NCBI GenBank assembly: GCA_963657835.1
Contig: CAVKOP010000001.1
Coordinates: 1 to 54,431, forward strand
Direction: 5' to 3'
Source of the DNA: Lachnospiraceae bacterium
GTDB taxonomy: Bacteria > Bacillota > Negativicutes > Veillonellales > Megasphaeraceae
Length of the DNA stretch: 54,431 nt
Part shown: positions 1 to 8,229 of the stretch, piece after piece
Layout: each line of letters starts with the position of its first letter
Position numbering within the stretch: position 1 is the stretch's first letter
Made by a program: the position numbers and the translations under genes
The notes under the pieces: generated by a model
The model's input: only the letters and a program-made list of their open reading frames with translations
Told to the model about the DNA's origin: nothing
The model's database searches: none

Positions 1-333
1 ATTTTTAGGAGTATGGCTTTGATTGAGTGTGGAACGATAGGCAGAACAAAGATATTGACTAATTTCAAATCCTAAATCTTCTGTATCGCTGGTAATGGGA
101 AAGGTCTTGAAAAACTTTTCTTTTTTCCGTTGTTTGATAATCAGTTCAGCAAAATACTGGCCCATTTCTTCATTGATGCGTTCTACGTAGCGTGATGAAG
201 GCAGCTTCGTGCCGTTGCTCCATTTGTTTACATAGGATACGTCGTAGCCGACAATATCTGCCAATGAAATAAACTTAGCCTGTGTGAAGGTAATCAGCCG
301 TTTCAATGTTGAAGCGTAACCGTCTGAAATCAT
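1..333 (-). CDS. Partial (runs off left edge) putative transcriptional regulator with N-terminal XRE-like HTH
   Basis: Not in ORF track. ATG at 333 with GGAGGA RBS at 341-346 (minus). Reads MISDGYASTLKRLITFTQAKFISLADIVGYDVSYVNKWSNGTKLP..., open to position 1. The LA-x-x-VG-x-D-x-S-x-V-x-KW-x-NG-x-x-x-P pattern is XRE-HTH-like. Divergent from crt-bcd. Confidence 0.7.
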   Translation of the reverse strand, partial: MISDGYASTLKRLITFTQAKFISLADIVGYDVSYVNKWSNGTKLPSSRYVERINEEMGQYFAELIIKQRKKEKFFKTFPITSDTEDLGFEISQYLCSAYRSTLNQSHTPKN

Positions 334-646
334 GGTGCAGTCCTCCTAATATTATCAATTTACTATATAACGAAATACTCAAAATGTGGGAGTATTTTGG
401 AATAGGCTACTAATGAATAAACAAAAAATACCATCATAATTATATCATAGGGCATATATACAGGCAAAAAGGAATTCATGTTTTTAGGACAAAAATTCCA
501 TGGACTAATTCTTGTGCTAAAAAATGCAAAACCGTCCTGTTTTGTTCCATAGCGGGACTTTGTATACTTAAGTCACAAAGTCAACCAGCCCCATACAGGG
601 TTTGACGAAATCATTGATGTATCATTTTTAAGGAGGGTTATGTAAC

Positions 647-1429
647 ATGGCTTACAATAACATTGAATTTACAAAAGAAGACGGCATTGGTATTTTGACG
701 ATTAATCGTCCGAAAGCACTCAACGCATTGAATACGGAAACGGTTGTAGAATTAAACGACTGCGTTGGCAAAATCGAAAACGATGCAGAAGTAAAAGTTC
801 TTATCGTAACAGGCGGCGGTGCTAAATCCTTCGTTGCCGGTGCTGATATTGTCGAAATGTCCACCAAAAATGCAGTAGAAGGCCGTCATTTCGGTAAAAT
901 CGCACAGGATACATTTACTCGTATCGAAAACCTGCCGCAGCCGGTTATCGCTGCTGTAAACGGCTACGCTCTTGGCGGCGGCTGCGAACTCGCCTGCGCC
1001 TGCGATTTCCGTTATGCATCTGACAATGCTAAATTTGGTCAGCCCGAAGTTGGCCTTGGCATTACACCGGGCTTTGGCGGTACACAGCGTCTTCCCCGTG
1101 TCGTTGGCCGCGGCTATGGCAAAGAATTGATTTACACAGCCAGCATGATTGATGCTCAGGAAGCATATCGTATTGGCCTCGTCAATAAAGTCGTTCCGCA
1201 GGATCAGCTCATGGAAGAAGCTAAAAAAACAGCTAAGAAAATCGCTTCCAACGCTAAAATCGCTGTACAGCTCGCAAAATCCGCTATCAACCGCGGCATC
1301 AACTGCGACGTTATTACAGGTATTGCATACGAAGACGAAGTATTCGGCTTGTGCTTTGCTACAGAAGACCAAAAAGAAGGCATGGCTGCATTCGTTGAAA
1401 AACGTAAAGCTAACTTCACGGATAAATAA
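647..1429 (+). CDS. crt: Enoyl-CoA hydratase / 3-hydroxybutyryl-CoA dehydratase (crotonase)
   Basis: NRPKALNAL, FVAGADI, AVNGYALGGGCELA and FGQPEVGLGITPGFGGTQRL crotonase motifs; AAGGAGG RBS; codon bias like the ribosomal-protein genes. Confidence 0.93.
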   Translation: MAYNNIEFTKEDGIGILTINRPKALNALNTETVVELNDCVGKIENDAEVKVLIVTGGGAKSFVAGADIVEMSTKNAVEGRHFGKIAQDTFTRIENLPQPVIAAVNGYALGGGCELACACDFRYASDNAKFGQPEVGLGITPGFGGTQRLPRVVGRGYGKELIYTASMIDAQEAYRIGLVNKVVPQDQLMEEAKKTAKKIASNAKIAVQLAKSAINRGINCDVITGIAYEDEVFGLCFATEDQKEGMAAFVEKRKANFTDK

Positions 1430-1550
1430 AACGAAAGTCCTTTTTGCCGGCTCATTTGCCCGATAAGCTGAGTAAAGGCGTCATTCGTATGGCGCCTTTC
1501 TTAATAAAGAATATTATGTATTAAGAAATATTTTTAGGAGGAATACTCTC

Positions 1551-2696
1551 ATGGATTTTAAATTAACTGAAATGCAGCAAGATATTGCTAATTTGGCAAA
1601 AGATTTTGCAACTAAAAAATTAGCTCCGACTGTTAAAGAACGCGACGAAAAAGAAATTTTTGACCGCTCCATTCTCGATGATATGGGCAGCCTCGGTCTT
1701 CTCGGCATTCCCTGGGAAGAAGAAAACGGCGGCGTTGGCGCTGACTTCCTCAGCTTGGCTGTTGCCTGCGAAGAAGTAGCAAAAGTAGACCCTTCCATCG
1801 CATTGAGCTTTGAAGTACACACGATGCTCTGCTCCTGGCCTATCTGGAAATTCGGCACAGCAGAACAGAAACAGAAATTCTTAAAACCGTTGGCAGAAGG
1901 CACAAAACTCGGCGCATTCGGCCTTACAGAACCGAACGCCGGCACAGACGCTTTGAACGGCTCTACTACAGCTGTTAAAGAAGGCGACTACTATATCCTC
2001 AACGGCTCCAAAGTTTTCAACACCAACGGCGGCGAAGCAGACGTAACAGTCGTTTTTGCAGCTACAGATAAATCCAAAGGCGCAAAAGGCATGAGCGCTT
2101 TCATCCTCGAAAAAGGCATGGAAGGCTTCACATACGGCAAAGAAGAAATCAAAATGGGTATCCGCGCTTCCGTACAGCGTGAACTCGTATTCCAGAACGT
2201 AAAAGTTCCGGCTGCAAACCTTCTCGGCAAAGAAGGCGAAGGCTTCAAAATCGCTATGATGACTTTGGACGGCGGCCGTGTCGGCGTTGGCGCACAGGCT
2301 CTCGGCATTGCAGAAGGCGCTTACAACGAAGCTGTTAAATACGCTAAAGAACGTGTACAGTTCGGCAAACCGATTGCAACGAAACAGGCTATTGCTTTCA
2401 TGCTCGCTGACATGAAACTCAAAATTGAAACAGCTCGTTTGGCTGTATACAAAGCTGCTTGGAAAATGGGCCAGCCTGATGTAAAATCCTACTCCATGGA
2501 TGCATCTATCGCTAAAAAATATGCTTCTGATATTGCTATGGAAGTTACGACAGACGCTGTACAAGTATTCGGCGGCTACGGCTTCACTCGTGAATATCCG
2601 GTAGAACGCTACATGCGCGATGCTAAGATTACACAGATTTACGAAGGTACCAACCAGGTACAGCAGATGATTATCTCCGGCTCCATCCTCAGATAA
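1551..2696 (+). CDS. bcd: Acyl-CoA (butyryl-CoA) dehydrogenase
   Basis: GAFGLTEPNAGTD, LNGSKVF, LDGGRVG, RVQFGKPI, QVFGGYGF and IYEGTNQVQ motifs; follows crt. Confidence 0.9.
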   Translation: MDFKLTEMQQDIANLAKDFATKKLAPTVKERDEKEIFDRSILDDMGSLGLLGIPWEEENGGVGADFLSLAVACEEVAKVDPSIALSFEVHTMLCSWPIWKFGTAEQKQKFLKPLAEGTKLGAFGLTEPNAGTDALNGSTTAVKEGDYYILNGSKVFNTNGGEADVTVVFAATDKSKGAKGMSAFILEKGMEGFTYGKEEIKMGIRASVQRELVFQNVKVPAANLLGKEGEGFKIAMMTLDGGRVGVGAQALGIAEGAYNEAVKYAKERVQFGKPIATKQAIAFMLADMKLKIETARLAVYKAAWKMGQPDVKSYSMDASIAKKYASDIAMEVTTDAVQVFGGYGFTREYPVERYMRDAKITQIYEGTNQVQQMIISGSILR

Positions 2697-2760
2697 TAAC
2701 TTTGTTACCTCCTTTAAAGGTAAAAATATATATTTGTAGTACAAGTTTAACATGTTGCTC

Positions 2761-2810
2761 AAAGAGAACCCCGGCTGCAATTGGACACTGCAGCCGGGGT
2801 TTTCTCTTTT
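2761..2810. terminator. Intrinsic terminator, probably bidirectional
   Basis: aaccccggctgca / tgcagccggggtt stem with T tract, between convergent genes. Confidence 0.85.
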
Positions 2811-2841
2811 TATATTGTTTAATTTTTCCTAGTCAGGGGAT

Positions 2842-3042
2842 TTAATGAAATACTCGCCAAAGTCCGATTATCAAAAAGAGTGTGACGATGCAGAAACTGA
2901 TGATACGGGTTTTGGAAAAGATTTTGGGATCGTTTTGTATATTTTTGGGCGGCGGTGGCGGCGGTACGACTTGTTTGGTGCCGCAGATGGGGCAGACGAG
3001 TACGCCGTCCCGCAGTTCGGTGCCGCAAGTTGGGCAAATCAT
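2842..3042 (-). CDS. Small zinc-ribbon membrane protein (66 aa)
   Basis: CPTC...CPIC zinc ribbon, PPPPPP linker, C-terminal hydrophobic helix; AGGAG RBS and near-consensus promoter upstream. Confidence 0.8.
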   Translation of the reverse strand: MICPTCGTELRDGVLVCPICGTKQVVPPPPPPKNIQNDPKIFSKTRIISFCIVTLFLIIGLWRVFH

Positions 3043-3078
3043 GATATCATCTCCTAATCGCTATCCTAGTATACTTCC

Positions 3079-3107
3079 ATCATAGGGAGATTCGTGCTGT
3101 CTGTCAA
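3079..3107 (-). promoter_or_regulatory. Sigma70/SigA promoter for the zinc-ribbon gene
   Basis: TTGACA-N17-TATGAT on the minus strand. Confidence 0.75.
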
Positions 3108-3356
3108 GGTTGCGGCAGAATGTGTTCGTGAAAAGGCAGCGTACGCTTGACTGCGGCAGATTAACGAAGCGTATGTGGTGGTTGAAACGCCGGGAAAAAC
3201 GGTATCCGTATGTATATCCTTTGTTAATTGGGGCATAATTATATAGTTTTTGCCAAAAAATGATTGTATAAAACGTAAAAATAGCATAAAATAAAAACTT
3301 AGAGTTTGCATATAATGATAAAGAAACGTTTTGTGAAAGGAGATAATAAAAAGTAT

Positions 3357-4622
3357 ATGAAAAAATTAGGATTGAGTACGCAAATACTCATCGGCTTGCT
3401 GTTGGGTGCGCTTGTCGGTTATTTGTTTCCGGATTTTGGGGATAAGCTGAAACCGATTGGCGATGCGTTTTTGCGTATGATTAAAATGATTGTCGTGCCG
3501 TTGATTTTTAGTACCCTCGTCATGGGAATTGCCGGTACGGGTGATTTTAAAAAATTGGGACGACTGGGCGGCAAGGCGATTATTTGGTTTGAATTTGCGA
3601 CGACGATTGCCTTGGCGATTGGGCTGCTGTTTATGAATTTGGCGCAGCCCGGTGTCGGCGTGACGCTGACGGCTTCGTCGGCCGGTGCGGCCGATGTGGC
3701 TAATGCGAGTCAGCATAGTGTCGATTTGGTACAGTATGCCGTCCATATTGTACCGACGAATATTGTAGATGCGGCTGCCCGCCAAGATATGCTGCAGATT
3801 ATTTTCTTTGCCTGCTTTTTTGGCGTAGGCGTAGCTCATATTGGCGAATCGGGCCAAAAGATTGTGGACCTCTGTCACAGTGTAGCTGAAGCTATGTTTA
3901 AGGTAACCGGCTATGTCATGCATGTCGCGCCTATTGGCGTATTTGCTATGATTGCCTATACCGTAGGTAGCTATGGCATTGCCATGCTGATTCCATTGGG
4001 GAAACTGATTGTTTCCGTAGCCGCAGCGACGCTCGTGTTTGTATGCATCATTGCGTTAATTGCCAGCTTGCTGACACGCATCAATTTTTTCCATGTCTTA
4101 AAGGCTATTAAAGATATTTTGTTCTTGGCCTTTTCTACAGCGAGCAGTGAAGCTGCCCTGCCGCTGGCAATGGAACGCCTTTCTCAACTGGGCATTCGAA
4201 AGAATATCGTCACTTTTGTCATGCCGACGGGCTATTCGTTCAACTTGGACGGTTCTACCTTGTACAGTTCCGCAGGTATTTTGTTCATTGCCCAGCTGTA
4301 CGGTATCGATATGTCCATTGAACAGCAAATTCTCGTCATGCTGACGCTGATGCTTTCTACAAAAGGGATTGCCGGTGTGCCCGGTGCAGGCATTATTGTC
4401 GTAGCGGCAACCGCGGCGGCGTTTAACCTGCCGACAGACGGCGTAGCCATCTTGCTGGGGATTGACAGATTGCTGGATATGATTCGCACGGTCTGCAACG
4501 TTTGCGGCAACTGCATGGCAACGGTCGTTGTAGCCCGCTGGGAAGGGGAACTTCCTAAAGATAGGTTTAATGCCGCTTATAAAGATTTGATGAGCGGCAA
4601 GAAGCTGGAAAACGATTTTTAG
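3357..4622 (+). CDS. Dicarboxylate/amino acid:cation symporter (DAACS, GltP/GltT-like)
   Basis: FLRMIKMIVVPLIF, AFSTASSEAALP, PTGYSFNLDGS and GIDRLLDMIRT motifs; start moved to ATG 3357 behind AAGGAG. Confidence 0.9.
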   Translation: MKKLGLSTQILIGLLLGALVGYLFPDFGDKLKPIGDAFLRMIKMIVVPLIFSTLVMGIAGTGDFKKLGRLGGKAIIWFEFATTIALAIGLLFMNLAQPGVGVTLTASSAGAADVANASQHSVDLVQYAVHIVPTNIVDAAARQDMLQIIFFACFFGVGVAHIGESGQKIVDLCHSVAEAMFKVTGYVMHVAPIGVFAMIAYTVGSYGIAMLIPLGKLIVSVAAATLVFVCIIALIASLLTRINFFHVLKAIKDILFLAFSTASSEAALPLAMERLSQLGIRKNIVTFVMPTGYSFNLDGSTLYSSAGILFIAQLYGIDMSIEQQILVMLTLMLSTKGIAGVPGAGIIVVAATAAAFNLPTDGVAILLGIDRLLDMIRTVCNVCGNCMATVVVARWEGELPKDRFNAAYKDLMSGKKLENDF

Positions 4623-4631
4623 CTGATGAAT

Positions 4632-4669
4632 ACAGGAATTCAGTGTATGAACTGGGTTCCTGTTTTTTT
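4632..4669 (+). terminator. Intrinsic terminator after the DAACS gene
   Basis: acaggaattcagt / actgggttcctgt stem plus T run. Confidence 0.75.
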
Positions 4670-4742
4670 ATATATCTGATATAATATATAGTATAAAAAA
4701 GTGATTTGAAAGGATGTTCCTGACAAAAAACTTTATAGATCA

Positions 4743-4843
4743 GCCGTCGTACTTGCTTGCAAAGAAAGTATCTGCGCAAATGAGGCGAAAGCACATACTA
4801 AAATAGTAGGTGAGCTCTGTGCTTTTGCATGGAGCTTTTTATT
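4743..4843 (+). promoter_or_regulatory. Candidate attenuator / riboswitch-like leader of the nif-like-hyp-hydF operon
   Basis: Terminator agctctgtgc(4813-4822)/gcatggagct(4827-4836)+TTTTT is mutually exclusive with gcgaaagcaca(4785-4795)/tgtgcttttgc(4818-4828); further upstream hairpin at 4743-4786. Confidence 0.55.
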
Positions 4844-4871
4844 ATAGACAAAAATGAAGAGGAGACCGTGT

Positions 4872-5120
4872 ATGGAAACAAGATTAGCTGTCATCGGCAT
4901 TGTCATTGGCAAACGGGAAGCAGCGGCCAAACTCAACGAACTGCTTCATGAATATGGACCGTATATTATCGGACGGATGGGCGTCCCGTATCAAAACAAA
5001 GAGGTTAGCGTGATCAGCGTCATCATTGACGCGCCGCAGGATGCTATCAACGCGTTGACAGGAAAGCTGGGCATGCTTCCTGACGTGAGCGCCAAAACGA
5101 TGTATCCGCCGCTGCCGTAA
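4872..5120 (+). CDS. TM1266-family putative iron-only hydrogenase system regulator (ACT-like fold)
   Basis: METRLAVIGIVI...LNELLHEY...IIGRMGVPY...INALTGKLGMLP matches the family as I recall it; GAGGAG RBS. Confidence 0.85.
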   Translation: METRLAVIGIVIGKREAAAKLNELLHEYGPYIIGRMGVPYQNKEVSVISVIIDAPQDAINALTGKLGMLPDVSAKTMYPPLP

Positions 5121-5132
5121 TAGGAGGATGTT

Positions 5133-5894
5133 ATGTTAAAACTTGCAATTTACGGCAAAGGCGGCATTGGCAAATCGACGATGACGAGTAATTTGGCGGC
5201 TGCCTTTGCGTATTTAGGAAAACGGGTCATCCAAATAGGCTGCGACCCGAAAGCGGATTCGACGTTTAATCTGCTGAACGGTAAGCCTGTCGAACCGGTG
5301 ATGAATTACCTGCGTGAACATGATGAAGATCCGCAGCGGATAGAAGATATTTCCCGTATTGGCTACGGCGGCGTTCTTTGCATTGAAACGGGCGGGCCGA
5401 CGCCGGGACTGGGCTGTGCCGGCCGCGGCATTATTGCTACGTTTGCTTTACTGGAAGATTTGGGGCTGTTCGAAACGTATCAGCCCGATGTCGTGTTGTA
5501 CGATGTGTTGGGCGATGTCGTCTGCGGCGGCTTTGCGGCGCCGATTCGGGAAGGATATGCCGAAGAAGTGCTGATTGTCACATCGGGCGAAAAAATGGCC
5601 TTGTATGCGGCTAACAACATTTATACAGCTGTACAGAATTTTGCAGACCGAAGCTATGCGACCGTGCGGGGGATTCTCTTCAACCGCCGCAATATTCCCG
5701 ACGAAGAAGCTAAGGTACGGGCTTTTGCCGAAAAAAATCAGCTTCCCATTATCGGAGACATTCCGCGAAGCGACGCGATTAATCAGTTTGAAGAAGAAGG
5801 AAAGACTGTCATTGAAGGCAACCCGGATTTGCCGATTAGCCAGACGTTTTTGCAGTTGGCGGCTTCCTTGCTGCAGGATAGGAAAAAGATATGA
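5133..5894 (+). CDS. Nitrogenase iron-protein-like ATPase/reductase, copy 1 (NifH/BchL/CfbC family)
   Basis: [11 protein letters not shown]-loop, [22 protein letters not shown] and [11 protein letters not shown]; both [4Fe-4S] Cys present. Confidence 0.92.
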   Translation: MLKLAIYGKGGIGKSTMTSNLAAAFAYLGKRVIQIGCDPKADSTFNLLNGKPVEPVMNYLREHDEDPQRIEDISRIGYGGVLCIETGGPTPGLGCAGRGIIATFALLEDLGLFETYQPDVVLYDVLGDVVCGGFAAPIREGYAEEVLIVTSGEKMALYAANNIYTAVQNFADRSYATVRGILFNRRNIPDEEAKVRAFAEKNQLPIIGDIPRSDAINQFEEEGKTVIEGNPDLPISQTFLQLAASLLQDRKKI

Positions 5895-7195
5895 CACACG
5901 AAAAGAAACCGTATTCTATTACCATCAGCCAATTGGTGGAGCTGGGCCGTGAACACATTCCGGCAGAGCTCATTTCCTCGACCCATTTGATTTATAACTC
6001 GCCGGCTGCCTTGGCGTTTAATTCACCGGGGGCGCAGGGGTTTGGCGTCAAGCGGGCCGGACTGGCGATTCCCGGTTCGGTGATGCTGCTTGTCGGTCCG
6101 GGATGCTGTGGCCGCAATACGACCATCCTCAGTGAAATGGGCGGCTACAGCGACCGATTTTTCTTTTACATTATGGATGAAACGGATATTGTCACAGGAC
6201 GGCATTTGCGCAATATCCCGCAGGCTGTAGAAGAAATCGTAGATTCCCTGCCTGCTGCGCCGTCTGTCGTCATGATTTGCATGACTTGTGCAGACGCGCT
6301 TTTGGGAACAGACATGGAACGTGTCTGCCGTAAGGCGGAAGCAAAAGTTGGTCTGCCTGTCGTTCCCTGTTATATGTACGCGCTGACGCGGGAAGGACGC
6401 AAACCGCCTATGGTAGATGTCCGGCGTGCCGTGTATTCGCTGCTGAAAAAACAGAAGCGGCAAAAACGGACCGTCAATTTGCTGGGATATTTTGCGCCGC
6501 TTCAGGCAGACTGTGAATTATACGACGTACTGCGCCAACTAGGCATTACTACAATTAACGAAATATCCCGCTGTCAAACGTTTGAAGAATATCAGGGCAT
6601 GGCTAAGGCTAATTTCAACGTGATTCTCAACCCGGAAGCCCGGCTGGCAGCGCAGCACATGGAAAAGAATCTGGGCATACCGAGTATTGAGCTGACGCGG
6701 CTGTATCAAGTCGGACAGATTCATAGGCAGTATCAGGCATTAGGACAAGTATTGCAGACGACGATTGATGATTCCCTTTGGTATGAAAAAGCAAAAACAG
6801 AAGTTGCTCGCATACGAAACCAATACAGCGGCACGACCGTGGCCATTGGGGAAATGCAGAACGGCAATGCCTTTGAAATGGCGTTGGCACTGACGCGGTA
6901 CGGGTTCTGCGTTCGGGAAATATATGCCAACCTGACAGGTGATGATTTTGTCTATCTTCGCCATTTGCAGACACTCAGCCCGGATACCCGCGTGTATTCG
7001 AATTTGTCGCCGTCTATGCTGTATTATGACGGCAGCCAGCATCCTGTGGATGTCACAATTGGCAAGGATGCGGCGTACTATCATGATGATAGCGCCCATG
7101 TTTTTTGGGATGAAGAAATCCAGCCGTTTGGCTATGCCGGCGTGCAGGCGCTGCTGCAAAAAATGGATGCGGCATTGCAAGGGAGGAACAGCTGA
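5891..7195 (+). CDS. Nitrogenase component-1-like subunit, alpha-like copy 1
   Basis: [36 protein letters not shown] and ANFNVILNP...MEKNLGIP fit the oxidoreductase nitrogenase component 1 fold; 4-nt overlap with the nifH-like gene. Confidence 0.85.
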   Translation: MTHEKKPYSITISQLVELGREHIPAELISSTHLIYNSPAALAFNSPGAQGFGVKRAGLAIPGSVMLLVGPGCCGRNTTILSEMGGYSDRFFFYIMDETDIVTGRHLRNIPQAVEEIVDSLPAAPSVVMICMTCADALLGTDMERVCRKAEAKVGLPVVPCYMYALTREGRKPPMVDVRRAVYSLLKKQKRQKRTVNLLGYFAPLQADCELYDVLRQLGITTINEISRCQTFEEYQGMAKANFNVILNPEARLAAQHMEKNLGIPSIELTRLYQVGQIHRQYQALGQVLQTTIDDSLWYEKAKTEVARIRNQYSGTTVAIGEMQNGNAFEMALALTRYGFCVREIYANLTGDDFVYLRHLQTLSPDTRVYSNLSPSMLYYDGSQHPVDVTIGKDAAYYHDDSAHVFWDEEIQPFGYAGVQALLQKMDAALQGRNS

Positions 7196-8226
7196 TGAAA
7201 GGATTGTGGAAATATATATCGCCGTTTGCCCCGGACCAGTCGGGCGCGGCGGCTGTCCTCTACGGCTTGGGCGGTATCGTGGTCATTTGTGATGCCGGCG
7301 GCTGTGCCGGCAATATCTGCGGTTTTGATGAGCCGCGTTGGTTCAGCGGCAGAAAAAGCGCCGTATTTAGTGCGGGCCTGCGAGATATGGATGCTATTTT
7401 AGGCCGGGATGACAGGCTCATCGCCAAACTTTGTGATGCAGCGCAGACCATCGATGCTTCTTTTGCCGCCATTGTCGGCACGCCGGTGCCTTCCGTGATT
7501 GGCACGGATTATCGGGCACTGCAGCGAATGGCAGAAAAAAAGCTGGACATGCCCATCCTGACAATCGATACGACGGGAATGAAGCTGTATGACAAAGGCA
7601 TTGAAAAAGCCTATCTGGCTTTGCTGCGGCAGTTTACCCGGACGGATGATGCGCCGGAAAAAGACACAGTCGGCGTGCTGGGTGCGGTGCCTTTGGACTT
7701 GATGCATGCTGACGGCACGGAAGCGGTTTGTCAGGAACTGGTAGAAGACGGCTGGCAGCAGATTTTGCTTTATGATGATTTGGATGATTTCATTCATGCC
7801 GGCAAAGCGGATATGAATATTGTCGTGTCGCCGGCAGGATTAAAAGCGGCGCAGTATTTGCAGAAAACCATAGGCACGCCGTATGAACAGCGGTATTTTG
7901 GCTTGTCTCGCGTCGTGCCGGATAATTCTATCTTTGCCGGGAAAAATGTTCTTATCGTCCATCAGCAAACAGCGGCTCATGCTATGCGTGCGTTGGCAGA
8001 AGAAGCAGGCGCAGCGTATGTAACGACAGCGACCTGGTTTATGACGGAACAAACGAATCATGATGAAGGTGATATATCCTTGCGGGAAGAAGATGAGTTT
8101 CGCAGATTGGCTGACAACAATGATTTTGACATTATTTTGGGAGATGCCTATTTCCAAAAAGCACTGCCTCATTTTCAAGGCATGTATGTCGATTTTCCTC
8201 ATTTTGCCGTGTCTGGGAGGGGATAG
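7195..8226 (+). CDS. Nitrogenase component-1-like subunit, beta-like copy 1
   Basis: PDQSGA, DAGGCAGN, DMDAILG, GTPVPSVIGTD and NIVVSPAGLKAAQYL...GTPY; 1-nt stop/start overlap. Confidence 0.82.
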   Translation: MKGLWKYISPFAPDQSGAAAVLYGLGGIVVICDAGGCAGNICGFDEPRWFSGRKSAVFSAGLRDMDAILGRDDRLIAKLCDAAQTIDASFAAIVGTPVPSVIGTDYRALQRMAEKKLDMPILTIDTTGMKLYDKGIEKAYLALLRQFTRTDDAPEKDTVGVLGAVPLDLMHADGTEAVCQELVEDGWQQILLYDDLDDFIHAGKADMNIVVSPAGLKAAQYLQKTIGTPYEQRYFGLSRVVPDNSIFAGKNVLIVHQQTAAHAMRALAEEAGAAYVTTATWFMTEQTNHDEGDISLREEDEFRRLADNNDFDIILGDAYFQKALPHFQGMYVDFPHFAVSGRG

Positions 8227-8229
8227 CCT

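Noticed and set aside
752..2780. Long antisense ORFs (752-1372, 1881-2780; likewise 20487-21182, 47549-48424, 48569-49510)
   Set aside because: Shadow frames of strongly codon-biased sense genes, with no RBS or protein motifs.
4760..4790. ANTAR twin-hairpin or c-di-GMP-I riboswitch in the operon leader
   Set aside because: GCAAAG/GCAAAT words are present, but the required stems and loop sizes do not fit.
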